DNA of 64,000 bases from Alphaproteobacteria bacterium. GTDB taxonomy: Bacteria; Pseudomonadota; Alphaproteobacteria; UBA7887. Where the stretch lies: NCBI GenBank assembly GCA_965216755.1, contig CBDCGL010000011.1, positions 3,584,001 to 3,648,000 on the forward strand, read 5' to 3'. Position 1 is the stretch's first letter. Each line of letters starts with the position of its first letter. The notes below the pieces were generated by a model. That model was not told the DNA's origin. It saw nothing but the letters and a program-made list of their open reading frames with translations, and did not search any database. The position numbers and the translations under genes were made by a program. Shown one piece after another: positions 37,623 to 47,050 of the stretch.

Positions 37623-38687
37623 TCAATAAGAGAACGGATACAGCTTCCAATAGGCCTTTATTTGTCGCCAACGGTGGGCCAACCCGTCGGGTTCGAAAAT
37701 CAAGAATAACACGATGGCCAAGCCGATCGCAGCCTCCTTCAAATAGGCAAGGCCGCTGGTGATGGCGGGTATGTTGCCCCAGCTGGTGGCGCCGATCAGG
37801 CGCACACTGCCTTCCATCACTTCGGGCAGCGCGACGATAAACACAGTGCCCAGTAGCGTTCCCATCACGGATCCCAAGCCGCCGATGATGATCATGCCCA
37901 AGAACTGAATCGACAGTAGAATGGTGAACGCCTCGACCGAAACGAAGCCGAGATAGTGGCCATACAGTGCGCCGCCGATGCCGGCATAAAACGACGAAAC
38001 GCCGAACGCCATGATCCGATATTTGGTTAAATTGACGCCCATCATTTCGGCTGACAGGTAATGGTCGCGCAAGGCGACAAAGGCACGGCCTTCGCGCGTG
38101 CGCAGCAAATTCGCGGCGCCGAAATACATGACGATGAGATAGGCCAAGACGACGTAGAAAAAGCTTTGATCGCTGATCGCCTGCCAGCCGAAGATTGAAA
38201 ACGGTTCCGCCAGAGCGCCGGCGGCGCCACCGGAAAACCACCCAGCGCGGGCGAAAAAATCCTGCAAGATGAACTGCGCGGCGAAAGTCGCGATGGCGAG
38301 ATAGAGACCCTTGATGCGTCCGGCCGGGATGCCGACGATCAGACCCACGGCCGTGGTCCACAACGCCGCAAGCGGTATCGCGAAGAAAACCGGAATGCCG
38401 AAATTGTTGTTCAGATAGGCGGAGGCGAACGCGCCAAAACCGAAGAATGCCGCGTGGCCGATCGAGATTTGTCCGGTGAAGCCGGTCAATAGATTGAGGC
38501 CAAGCGCGGCGATGCCGAAATAGCCGATCTGGATCAGCAGGTTGAGGTAGTAGTTGTTGAGCACCATTGGCGCCAACGCCAACACCACCAAGCCGAGCCA
38601 AAGCGCGCGCCGCGACCAGGGGGTGGCGAAGATGGTCGTGTCGCCCTTGTAGGTGGTCTTGAACTCGCCGCAATTGATCATCGACAC
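37623..38687 (-). CDS. ABC permease (LivM-like)
   Basis: GLNLLTGFTGQISIGHAAF, GLYLAIAT, IIGGLGS. Confidence 0.9.
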   Translation of the reverse strand: MSMINCGEFKTTYKGDTTIFATPWSRRALWLGLVVLALAPMVLNNYYLNLLIQIGYFGIAALGLNLLTGFTGQISIGHAAFFGFGAFASAYLNNNFGIPVFFAIPLAALWTTAVGLIVGIPAGRIKGLYLAIATFAAQFILQDFFARAGWFSGGAAGALAEPFSIFGWQAISDQSFFYVVLAYLIVMYFGAANLLRTREGRAFVALRDHYLSAEMMGVNLTKYRIMAFGVSSFYAGIGGALYGHYLGFVSVEAFTILLSIQFLGMIIIGGLGSVMGTLLGTVFIVALPEVMEGSVRLIGATSWGNIPAITSGLAYLKEAAIGLAIVLFLIFEPDGLAHRWRQIKAYWKLYPFSY

Positions 38688-38705
38688 GACGCGTATGCCC
38701 CACGG

Positions 38706-39599
38706 TCAAACACGCTCGATGTCCTCGGTGCCGAACAAGCCATAGGGTTTGATCATCAAAATGATGATCAGCACGTAGAACGGCGCCACTTGCGACAGGC
38801 CGCCATAGTGCAGAAACTGGCTGTCCACCCATTCGGCCAGCGCCTCGAGCACGCCAATGATCAGGCCCCCAACAACGCCGCCGACGATCGAGTCCAGACC
38901 ACCCAAAATGACCGCCGGAAACACTTTGATGCCGAAAAACGACAATGCCGAGGAAACGCCGTTGACCATGCCGACCACGATTCCCGCCAACGCCGAAACA
39001 ACTGCGGAAATCGCCCACGATGCCGCGAACACACGTTTGATCGACACACCCAGCGACTGCGCCACTTGTTGATCGAAGGCGGTCGCGCGCATCGCCAGGC
39101 CAAGGCGCGAATACTGAAAAAAGTAGGCAAACGCTGCCATAATGGCGAGCGCGACGACCGCGCTCATCAAATAGATGGTTTGCACCTGGAGACCCAACAC
39201 GGAAACCGACTCGGCCGCGAAGACCTGCGGAAACGGTTTCACGAACACGCCGAACATCCACTTCATGATCGCCTGGAAGAAAATCGACAATCCGATGGTG
39301 ACCATGATCACCGAGATGATCGGTTCGCCGATCATCGGCCGCAGCACGACCACCTGCAGCACGATGCCAAACAGCGTCATGAAAGCGAACGTCAGCAGGC
39401 AGGCCCAAAAGAACGGCACCTGCAGATCGACCATGACCCACCATGCCACCCAGGCGCCGACCAGCAAAAACTCACCTTGGGCGAAATTGACGATCTGCGA
39501 GGCCTTGTAGATCAGCACAAAGCTCATCGCGACCAGGGCATACAGCGTGCCGACGATAACGCCGTTGACCAGAAGTTGTACCAGTAGGCTACCGCTCAT
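38706..39599 (-). CDS. ABC permease (LivH-like)
   Basis: VNFAQGE, GLAMRATA, ILGGLDS, KPYGLFG. Confidence 0.9.
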   Translation of the reverse strand: MSGSLLVQLLVNGVIVGTLYALVAMSFVLIYKASQIVNFAQGEFLLVGAWVAWWVMVDLQVPFFWACLLTFAFMTLFGIVLQVVVLRPMIGEPIISVIMVTIGLSIFFQAIMKWMFGVFVKPFPQVFAAESVSVLGLQVQTIYLMSAVVALAIMAAFAYFFQYSRLGLAMRATAFDQQVAQSLGVSIKRVFAASWAISAVVSALAGIVVGMVNGVSSALSFFGIKVFPAVILGGLDSIVGGVVGGLIIGVLEALAEWVDSQFLHYGGLSQVAPFYVLIIILMIKPYGLFGTEDIERV

Positions 39600-39601
39600 G
39601 A

Positions 39602-41527
39602 CTAAGCCGCCTTTGACCGCGCCGGCCCTGAGACCAGGTCGACGATGGCCAGATCGGTGCGAATGCGCTGCTTGGTGCCGTCCTGATAGGTGATCTCGGT
39701 ATCAACATGAACTGACTCGGCGCCGCCATACAAGGCGTCGATCAGCCCGGCATAGCGGTCATTGATGACATCGCGGCGGACCTTGCGGGTGCGGGTCAGT
39801 TCGCCGTCATCGGCGTCCAATTCTTTGTACAGCAGCAGAAAGCGCTGGACCTGTTGCGTTTCGGGCAGTGTCGCGTTGACTCGTTCCATCTCGCCGCGCA
39901 CCAGGTCATAAACCTCCGGTCGGCTCGACAGATCCGTATAGGTGGTAAAGCTGATCCGCCGCTTCTCCGCCCATTTGGACACGATGGCGTAGCGGATGCA
40001 GATGATCGCGGTCAAGAACGGGCGTTGATGGCCGAGCACGACCGCCTCGCCGACAAAGGTCGAGAACTTGATCTTGTTCTCGATATATTGCGGGGAAAAC
40101 CGCGTGCCGGCACCGGTCGTGGCCAGGTCGCGCACGCGGTCGATCACCACTAGATGATTCTTGTCGTTGAAATAGCCGGCGTCGCCGGTATGCATCCAAC
40201 GCGCGGCGTCGATCGTTTCGGCGGTCGCCGCGTCGTTCTTGTAATAGCCGACAAACATGCCTTCGTGGCGGGTAAGGATTTCACCAACGCCGTTGGCGTC
40301 CGGTTCGTCGATGCGAATTTCCGTATTGTCGAAGGCCTGTCCGACCGTATCGAAATCGACATCGTCCTTGGCATGAATGGTATAGGCACCGGCCAATTCG
40401 GTTTGGCCATAGAGTTGCCGCAGCGGCACGCCCATGGCCAAAAAGAATTTGAAGGTGTCGGGGCCCAGCGCCGCGCCACCTGTTGCCGCCGATTTCAAAA
40501 AGGTGAACCCGACGCTGTCTCTCAGTTTGCGAAACAATAATTTGTCGGCGATCCATGAACGCCGGCCGTTGTCCAGCGCCGCCATGCCGACTTTCATGCC
40601 CAGGTCGTACATGCGCTGTTTGAACCACGAGGCATCCATCATCCGCGCCCGCATGTCGGCGGCGATTTGCTCCCAGGCGCGGGGCGCGAACAGCACGAAC
40701 GATGGCCCGATCTCGCGCAGATCGGCCATCGTCGTTTCCTGCTCCTCAACGAAGTTTACCCGCAAGCGACACAACAAGGGCTGGGCGACCACGTAGACCT
40801 GTTCGATGATCCAGGGCAGCGGTAAAACCGAGACATAGTCGTCATCTGCCCCCTTTGGGTCGGCATGCAGATAGGCAGCGCTGTGCTTGAGAAATGCGCC
40901 AGCCTGCATCATCGATAATTTCGGGTGCGACGTGGTGCCCGAGGTTGTGATCAGCATCGCGACGTCGTCGCCACGGCCCGCGGCCACAAGATCATCGTAA
41001 AGACCTGATTGTTCCAGATCGAGCGCGTCACCATGGTGCTTGAGCGCTGTGAGGTTGATCAAACGCGGGTCATCATATTTGCGCATGCCACGCGGATCAT
41101 TGAACACGATATGGCGCACGCTCGGAATGCGGTCACCCAGGTTGAGCAGCTTATCGACCTGTTCCTCGTCCTCGGCGAAGATCAGCGGACATTCGGCAAA
41201 TCCGATCAAATAGGCGACTTCTTCGTCGATGGCGTCTTGGTAAATGCCCAGGCTCATGGCGCCGGCAGCGTGGGTGGCCAGCTCGGCCCACACCCAATTG
41301 GGCCTGTTCTTGCCGATGATCCCGACGACTTGGTTCTTGCCGACGCCGAAATTGTGCAGCCCGAGCGCCATGGCGCGCACCTGCTTTTGATAGTCGGCCC
41401 AACTATATTCGTTCCAGATGCCGAAATCCTTCTCGCGCATGGCGATGGCGTTGGGCCATTGGGCGGCGTTGTGGGCGAGCAATTTCGGATAGGTATCCAG
41501 CTGTTCAATATCAGGCAGGGTGATCAT
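39602..41527 (-). CDS. Long-chain acyl-CoA synthetase-like AMP-binding enzyme
   Basis: TTSGTTSHPK, YGQTE, WMHTGDAG, IDR, ELTRTRKVRR. Confidence 0.9.
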   Translation of the reverse strand: MITLPDIEQLDTYPKLLAHNAAQWPNAIAMREKDFGIWNEYSWADYQKQVRAMALGLHNFGVGKNQVVGIIGKNRPNWVWAELATHAAGAMSLGIYQDAIDEEVAYLIGFAECPLIFAEDEEQVDKLLNLGDRIPSVRHIVFNDPRGMRKYDDPRLINLTALKHHGDALDLEQSGLYDDLVAAGRGDDVAMLITTSGTTSHPKLSMMQAGAFLKHSAAYLHADPKGADDDYVSVLPLPWIIEQVYVVAQPLLCRLRVNFVEEQETTMADLREIGPSFVLFAPRAWEQIAADMRARMMDASWFKQRMYDLGMKVGMAALDNGRRSWIADKLLFRKLRDSVGFTFLKSAATGGAALGPDTFKFFLAMGVPLRQLYGQTELAGAYTIHAKDDVDFDTVGQAFDNTEIRIDEPDANGVGEILTRHEGMFVGYYKNDAATAETIDAARWMHTGDAGYFNDKNHLVVIDRVRDLATTGAGTRFSPQYIENKIKFSTFVGEAVVLGHQRPFLTAIICIRYAIVSKWAEKRRISFTTYTDLSSRPEVYDLVRGEMERVNATLPETQQVQRFLLLYKELDADDGELTRTRKVRRDVINDRYAGLIDALYGGAESVHVDTEITYQDGTKQRIRTDLAIVDLVSGPARSKAA

Positions 41528-41538
41528 GGCAGGTGCGG

Positions 41539-42366
41539 TCACGCCGCCGACAACGTATCGTCGTCGTCGACCAACAGGTCGTCTTCCTCGCCCAGATAAG
41601 CGCGTTTGACATGTTCGTTGGCCATCACTTCGTCCGGATCGCCCTCGGCAATTTTCTTGCCGAAGTCGAGCACCATAATACGGTGCGAGATATCCACGAC
41701 CACGCCCATATCGTGTTCGATCATGATCGTGGTAATGCCCCATTCCTCGTTAAGATCGACGATGAACCGGGCCATGTCTTCCTTTTCTTCCAGGTTCATG
41801 CCGGCCATCGGTTCATCAAGCAAGATCAGCTTGGGTTCAATCGCCATGGCGCGCGCCAGTTCGACACGCTTGCGCAAGCCATAGGGCAGGGTGCCGGCAA
41901 TCGATTTGCGGACATGCTGGATTTCCAGGAAGTCGATGATTTCCTCGACCCGTCGGCGATGGCGCAGCTCTTCGGCCTGGGCGCCGCCGACCCAATAGAG
42001 CATGCCGCGCAACAACCCGGATTTGAGCTGGTGGTGGCGGCCGACCATGATGTTGTCGAGCACGGTCATATGATTGAACAGAGCCAGGTTTTGAAAGGAC
42101 CGGCCGATACCTAGCTTGGCGCGGGCGTTGGGGCGCAGGCGATCGATTGACTCGCCATCGAACAGGATCGTGCCTTCGGTTGGTTTGTAGCGTCCCGAAA
42201 CACAATTGAGCATGGATGTTTTGCCGGCGCCGTTCGGCCCGATGATCGAAAACAGCGATCCGCGGTCGACCGAAAAGCTGACATCGGTCAGCGCCTTGAC
42301 GCCACCGAAACGCAGCGATACGCCGCGCGCTTCAAGCAGCGGTGTGGTGTCGGTCGGATGCTCCAT
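41539..42366 (-). CDS. ABC ATP-binding protein (LivG-like)
   Basis: FGGVKAL, GPNGAGKT, LPYGLRKRVELARA, DEPMAGMN, IEHDM. Confidence 0.9.
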   Translation of the reverse strand: MEHPTDTTPLLEARGVSLRFGGVKALTDVSFSVDRGSLFSIIGPNGAGKTSMLNCVSGRYKPTEGTILFDGESIDRLRPNARAKLGIGRSFQNLALFNHMTVLDNIMVGRHHQLKSGLLRGMLYWVGGAQAEELRHRRRVEEIIDFLEIQHVRKSIAGTLPYGLRKRVELARAMAIEPKLILLDEPMAGMNLEEKEDMARFIVDLNEEWGITTIMIEHDMGVVVDISHRIMVLDFGKKIAEGDPDEVMANEHVKRAYLGEEDDLLVDDDDTLSAA

Positions 42367-42471
42367 CGCCTCGCCCAATTCCGATCGGCCGCAGAGCGGC
42401 CTTCGGCACAAGACGTGCGAGGTAAGCGGTTCGGCCGCGCCCCGTCAAGCCCCGCGTCGCGGCAAGCAGGC

Positions 42472-42516
42472 CGGCCCTTTGACAGGGCCGCGCGGCGCGC
42501 CATAGTGTTGGCGCGC
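42472..42516 (+). promoter_or_regulatory. Candidate boxC promoter with both hexamers inside inverted repeats
   Basis: TTGACA(42479)-18 nt-TAGTGT(42503). CGGCCCT-TTGAC-AGGGCCG and GCGCGCCA-TAGTGT-TGGCGCGC. Confidence 0.5.
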
Positions 42517-42542
42517 ATTCGACCGACCCGTCAGGCACGTTA

Positions 42543-44180
42543 ATGATCGATTTCCAAACCGCTCCAGACCGCTACCGCCATTGGCGGTTGACCGTTGAGC
42601 CGCCGATCGCCTGGTTGACGATGGATGTTGCCGAAGACCAGGGCCTGCGGCCTGGTTACACGCTGAAGCTCAATTCCTACGACTTGGGGGTCGATATCGA
42701 GCTTTATGACGCGGTGCAGCGATTGCGTTTCGAGCATCCCGACGTGGGTGCCGTAATCCTAACTTCGGGCAAGGAGCGGATGTTTTGCGCCGGCGCCAAC
42801 ATCCGCATGCTCGGCCAATCGGATCACGCGCATAAGGTCAACTTCTGTAAGTTCACCAACGAAACCCGCTGCGCGATCGAAAGCGCAGGTACCGAGTCCG
42901 ACCAACACTATATCGGTGTCATCAACGGGCCGGCGTCAGGTGGCGGCTATGAGCTCGCATTGGCCTGCGACTGGGTCATTTTGGTTGATGATGGCGCCAG
43001 CGCGGTGTCGCTGCCGGAAGTGCCGTTGCTGGCAGTGCTACCAGGTACGGGTGGCCTGACGCGGCTGGTCGACAAACGCAAAGTGCGTCGTGACCGCGCC
43101 GACTTTTTCTGCACCACAGCCGAGGGCTTGCGCGGACAACGGGCGCTAGACTGGGGTCTGGTGGACGAACTGATCAAGCCGTCGGCGTTGCAAGACGGCG
43201 CCCGCGCCCGGGCGCAAACACTGGCCGGGACAACCAATTCCGGGCGCATTGGGATAACACTGGATCCGCTAGCCCGCACCGTCACTGACGACCTGTTGCG
43301 CTATCCCTTTTTGGAGGTCGCCTTGGATCGGGGCGCGGGCATTGCGACCTTTCGCATTGATGGCCCAGACCCGGCGCCGCCTGCCGATGCAGCCGGGCTG
43401 CATGCCCAAGGCGCCGACTGCTGGCCGTTGGCTTTGGCCCGGTCGCTTGACGACGCAATTCTGACCTTGCGCAGCAATCACCCGGACATCGGAACTTGGG
43501 TGATCACGACGTCCGGTGATGCCGGCCAAGTCGCCGCCTACGACGATTTCCTGCTCGGTCACGAGGGGGATTGGCTGGCGCGCGAAATTCGTGATTACTG
43601 GAAGCGGGTGCTCAAGCGCTTGGATCTATCGGCACGGAGTCTGATCGCCGTCATCGGCCCAGGGTCGTGTTTTGTCGGCACCTTGCTGGAATTGTCTTTG
43701 GCCGCCGACCGCAGTTACATGCTCGATGGGCCGATGAATGATCAATTGCCGCCAATCATCCGAATGACCGCCATGAATGCCGGTCGGTTGCCGATGGCGA
43801 CCGGCCTCAGTCGCTTGCATACCCGCTTCATCAACGATGCGGATGGGCTGGCGGCGGCGGAGGCGGTGATCGGTCAGGATTTGGACGCCGCGGCGGCGGA
43901 CGCGGCCGGCCTGGTGACCTTCACGCCCGATGACATCGACTGGGACGACGAAGTCCGACTGGCGATTGAAGAGCGCGCGAGTTTTTCGCCGGATGCGTTG
44001 ACCGGCATGGAAGCCAATTTGCGTTTTCCCGGACCTGAGACATTGGAAAGCAAGATTTTCGGTCGTTTATCGGCATGGCAAAACTGGATTTTCCAGCGCC
44101 CCAACGCCGCCGGCGACCAAGGCGCGCTGAAACTCTACGGCACGGGTCAACGCGCCAAGTTTGACAAAACGAGGACATGA
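42543..44180 (+). CDS. boxC: 2,3-epoxybenzoyl-CoA dihydrolase BoxC
   Basis: LKLNSYDLGVDIEL, KVNFCKFTNETR, GGGYELALACD, FGRLSAWQNWIFQRPNA. Confidence 0.96.
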   Translation: MIDFQTAPDRYRHWRLTVEPPIAWLTMDVAEDQGLRPGYTLKLNSYDLGVDIELYDAVQRLRFEHPDVGAVILTSGKERMFCAGANIRMLGQSDHAHKVNFCKFTNETRCAIESAGTESDQHYIGVINGPASGGGYELALACDWVILVDDGASAVSLPEVPLLAVLPGTGGLTRLVDKRKVRRDRADFFCTTAEGLRGQRALDWGLVDELIKPSALQDGARARAQTLAGTTNSGRIGITLDPLARTVTDDLLRYPFLEVALDRGAGIATFRIDGPDPAPPADAAGLHAQGADCWPLALARSLDDAILTLRSNHPDIGTWVITTSGDAGQVAAYDDFLLGHEGDWLAREIRDYWKRVLKRLDLSARSLIAVIGPGSCFVGTLLELSLAADRSYMLDGPMNDQLPPIIRMTAMNAGRLPMATGLSRLHTRFINDADGLAAAEAVIGQDLDAAAADAAGLVTFTPDDIDWDDEVRLAIEERASFSPDALTGMEANLRFPGPETLESKIFGRLSAWQNWIFQRPNAAGDQGALKLYGTGQRAKFDKTRT

Positions 44181-45601
44181 TCGCCATGGCCATCGACTAT
44201 CAAGAACGGATCCCCAACAACGTCAATTTGGCCGGCAATCGGCGCTTACAGCGGGCTCTGGAATCGTGGCAACCTCGATTTCTCGATTGGTGGGCGGAGA
44301 TGGGGCCGGCCGCTTTTCAGGCCAACGAAATTTATTTGCGCACCGCGGTCAGTGTCGAACCCGGTGGCTGGGCCAATTTCGGCCATGTCAAGATGCCTGA
44401 CTATCGATGGGGCATCTTCTTGGCCGATCCGGAACCCGACCGAAAGATCGCGTTCGGCGATCAAAAAGGCGAACCGGCCTGGCAAGACGTACCCGGCGAA
44501 CATCGCAGCGCCCTGCGCCGATTGATCGTCACCCAGGGCGACACCGAGCCCGCATCGGTGGAGCAACAACGCTTGCTGGGGCAAACCTGTCCGTCGCTGT
44601 ACGATCTGCGCAACCTGTTCCAGGTCAATGTCGAGGAAGGCCGGCATCTGTGGGCGATGGTCTATTTGCTCGATGCATATTTCGGCCGCGACGGCCGCGA
44701 GGAAGCCGAAGCCTTGATCGAACGCCGTTCGGGCGACCCCGATCGGCCGCGCATTTTGGGCGCCTTCAACGAACGCACGCCTGATTGGTTGGCGTTTTTC
44801 ATGTTTACCTATTTCACGGATCGCGACGGCAAATACCAACTGGCGTCATTGGCCGAATCGGCGTTCGATCCGTTGTCGCGCTCTTGTCGCTTCATGCTGA
44901 CCGAGGAAGCGCACCACATGTTTGTTGGCGAAACCGGGGTCGGTCGTGTCGTGCAACGCGCCTGTGAACTGATGCGCGAACATAAAACCGACGACGTGCG
45001 CGCCCATGGCGGTATCGATTTGGCGACGCTGCAACGTTACATCAATTTCCATTACAGCGTATCCGCGGATCTATTTGGCAGCGAACAATCGACCAACGCC
45101 GCGACCTATTACACGACCGGGCTCAAGGGGCGTTATCAAGAGACCAAAATCGATGACGATCATCAGCTGAACCAGGATCATTACCGCGTGCCGATCTGCG
45201 ACGACGGCGAAGTCAATGCGATCGACGCGCCGGCACTCAATGCGCTCAATGAACGCTTGCGTGACGACTATCGTGTTGATTGCCAACGCGGCGTCGACCG
45301 TTGGAACAAAATCATCGCCGATCACGGCGTTGATATGATGTTGCGCCTGCCGCATGTCGCGTTTCACCGGCGTATCGGCACGTTTGCCGGGCACCATTTC
45401 ACCCCTGATGGCCGCGCAGTCAACGCCGAGACGTGGCAGCGCGAGCAAAGCCGCTGGCTACCCTCCGACGCGGATCGCGCCTTTATTGCCAGCCTTATGA
45501 AACCCGTCACCGTGCCGGGACAAATGGCGCAATGGATCGCGCCGCCGGCACGCGGCATCAATGGCCAACCGCTGGATTTCGAGTATGTGCGCTCGACGTA
45601 A
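44177..45601 (+). CDS. boxB: Benzoyl-CoA 2,3-epoxidase subunit BoxB (di-iron)
   Basis: IPNNVNL, QGDTEPASVEQQR, VEEGRHLWAM, EEAHHM. Confidence 0.96.
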   Translation: MIAMAIDYQERIPNNVNLAGNRRLQRALESWQPRFLDWWAEMGPAAFQANEIYLRTAVSVEPGGWANFGHVKMPDYRWGIFLADPEPDRKIAFGDQKGEPAWQDVPGEHRSALRRLIVTQGDTEPASVEQQRLLGQTCPSLYDLRNLFQVNVEEGRHLWAMVYLLDAYFGRDGREEAEALIERRSGDPDRPRILGAFNERTPDWLAFFMFTYFTDRDGKYQLASLAESAFDPLSRSCRFMLTEEAHHMFVGETGVGRVVQRACELMREHKTDDVRAHGGIDLATLQRYINFHYSVSADLFGSEQSTNAATYYTTGLKGRYQETKIDDDHQLNQDHYRVPICDDGEVNAIDAPALNALNERLRDDYRVDCQRGVDRWNKIIADHGVDMMLRLPHVAFHRRIGTFAGHHFTPDGRAVNAETWQREQSRWLPSDADRAFIASLMKPVTVPGQMAQWIAPPARGINGQPLDFEYVRST

Positions 45602-45625
45602 GGTGGCGGCGCGGGAGCGGCGGTT

Positions 45626-46333
45626 ATGTCCGATCTCGGCACCGCGCTCGCCCTCGCGGTCGGCCTGATTGCGGCCGGCGACGCGGCTCTCGCCGAGATT
45701 GTCGCGCGTTCGCTGTATGTTAGCCTGACGGCGACGGTACTTGCGGCGGCCATTGCCCTGCCGCTCAGTGCGCTGATTGCGGTCTATCGGTTTCCCGGCC
45801 GGCGCGCCGTGATCGTCTTGTTCAGCGCGCTGATGGGTCTGCCGCCGGTCTTTGTCGGCCTGCTTGCTTATTTGCTGTTGTCGCGCGCCGGTCCACTCGG
45901 GTTTCTCGGACTGCTCTATACGCCGACCGCGATGATCCTGGCCCAAGCGGCCCTGGTCTTGCCGATTGTGCTAACCATCGCCCACCGTTCGCTGCGCGAC
46001 CTGTATGAAGACTATATGGAGCAACTATGTTCCTTGGGTGCGCGGCCATGGCAAATGATTGCCACCCTATTGTGGGACGGACGCGGGCGCTTGGCGACAG
46101 CCGTGATGGCGGGCTTTGGGCGCGCCACGGCGGAAGTTGGGGCGGTGCTGATCGTCGGTGGCAACATCGCCCATGTGACCCGGGTCATGACCACGACCAT
46201 CGCGCTGGAAACCAGCAAGGGCAATCTGGCTCTGGCCTTGGCGCTCGGCATCATCTTGGTGGCGATTGCCTTGGCGGTTAACGCGGCCGTCGCGCTGATG
46301 CGCGTGCCTCGACGCGCGCGTCGGCACGCCTGA
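45626..46333 (+). CDS. tupB: Tungstate ABC transporter permease TupB
   Basis: MGLPPVFVGL, SRAGPLG, GFGRATAEVGA, GGNI...TRVMTTTIALETSKG. Confidence 0.9.
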   Translation: MSDLGTALALAVGLIAAGDAALAEIVARSLYVSLTATVLAAAIALPLSALIAVYRFPGRRAVIVLFSALMGLPPVFVGLLAYLLLSRAGPLGFLGLLYTPTAMILAQAALVLPIVLTIAHRSLRDLYEDYMEQLCSLGARPWQMIATLLWDGRGRLATAVMAGFGRATAEVGAVLIVGGNIAHVTRVMTTTIALETSKGNLALALALGIILVAIALAVNAAVALMRVPRRARRHA

Positions 46334-46336
46334 AAC

Positions 46337-47050
46337 ATGGCCATTCTGCCCCTGAGCCTAGAAGCGGTGAGCTACCGCTTGGACGGCCGAACGCTGATCG
46401 ACGCGGTGACTTTAACCATCGACGCCGGCCCAAAAACCATGGTTTTGGGCCATAACGGTGCCGGCAAAAGTTTGTTGATGCGTCTCTGTCATGGATTAAT
46501 TGGCCCCAGTGCCGGGACCCTACGCTGGCAAGGCCCCGATGGCGCTGCCGCGCGGCGCCGGCAGGCCATGGTGTTCCAGCAGCCGACCATGTTGCGCCGT
46601 TCGGTCCGCGCCAATGTCGCCTACGGCATGAAACTGCGTGGATTGCCACGCGCCCAACGCGCCACGCGGACCGCCGCCGTGCTGACTCGCACCGGCTTGC
46701 TCGACCGCGCTGATCAAGCCGCCACCAGCCTGTCTGGTGGCGAACGCCAACGCCTGGCCTTGGCGCGCGTTTGGGCACTGCAGCCCGAGGTGCTGTTTCT
46801 CGACGAGCCCAGTGCCAATTTGGATCCCGGTGCGACCGCGGCGGTTGAAGCCATCATCGAGGAAATCCATCGCGCCGGCACGAAAATCATCATGACCACG
46901 CACGATGTGGGCCAAGCGCGACGATTGGCCGACGAAGTGCTTTTTTTACACAAGGGACAGATCGTTGAGCGCGCTACCGCCACAGACTTTTTCGCCGGGC
47001 CGGCATCTGAGCCGGCGCGCGCGTTTCTCGAGGGTCGATTGCTATGGTGA
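46337..47050 (+). CDS. tupC: Tungstate ABC transporter ATP-binding protein TupC
   Basis: GHNGAGKS, LSGGERQRLALAR, DEPSANLDP; between tupB and tupA. Confidence 0.87.
   Translation: MAILPLSLEAVSYRLDGRTLIDAVTLTIDAGPKTMVLGHNGAGKSLLMRLCHGLIGPSAGTLRWQGPDGAAARRRQAMVFQQPTMLRRSVRANVAYGMKLRGLPRAQRATRTAAVLTRTGLLDRADQAATSLSGGERQRLALARVWALQPEVLFLDEPSANLDPGATAAVEAIIEEIHRAGTKIIMTTHDVGQARRLADEVLFLHKGQIVERATATDFFAGPASEPARAFLEGRLLW

Noticed and set aside
37345-39444. 699-aa alternative-frame ORF
   Set aside because: Overlaps livH and livM in another frame; Arg-rich with no motifs, a typical high-GC shadow ORF.
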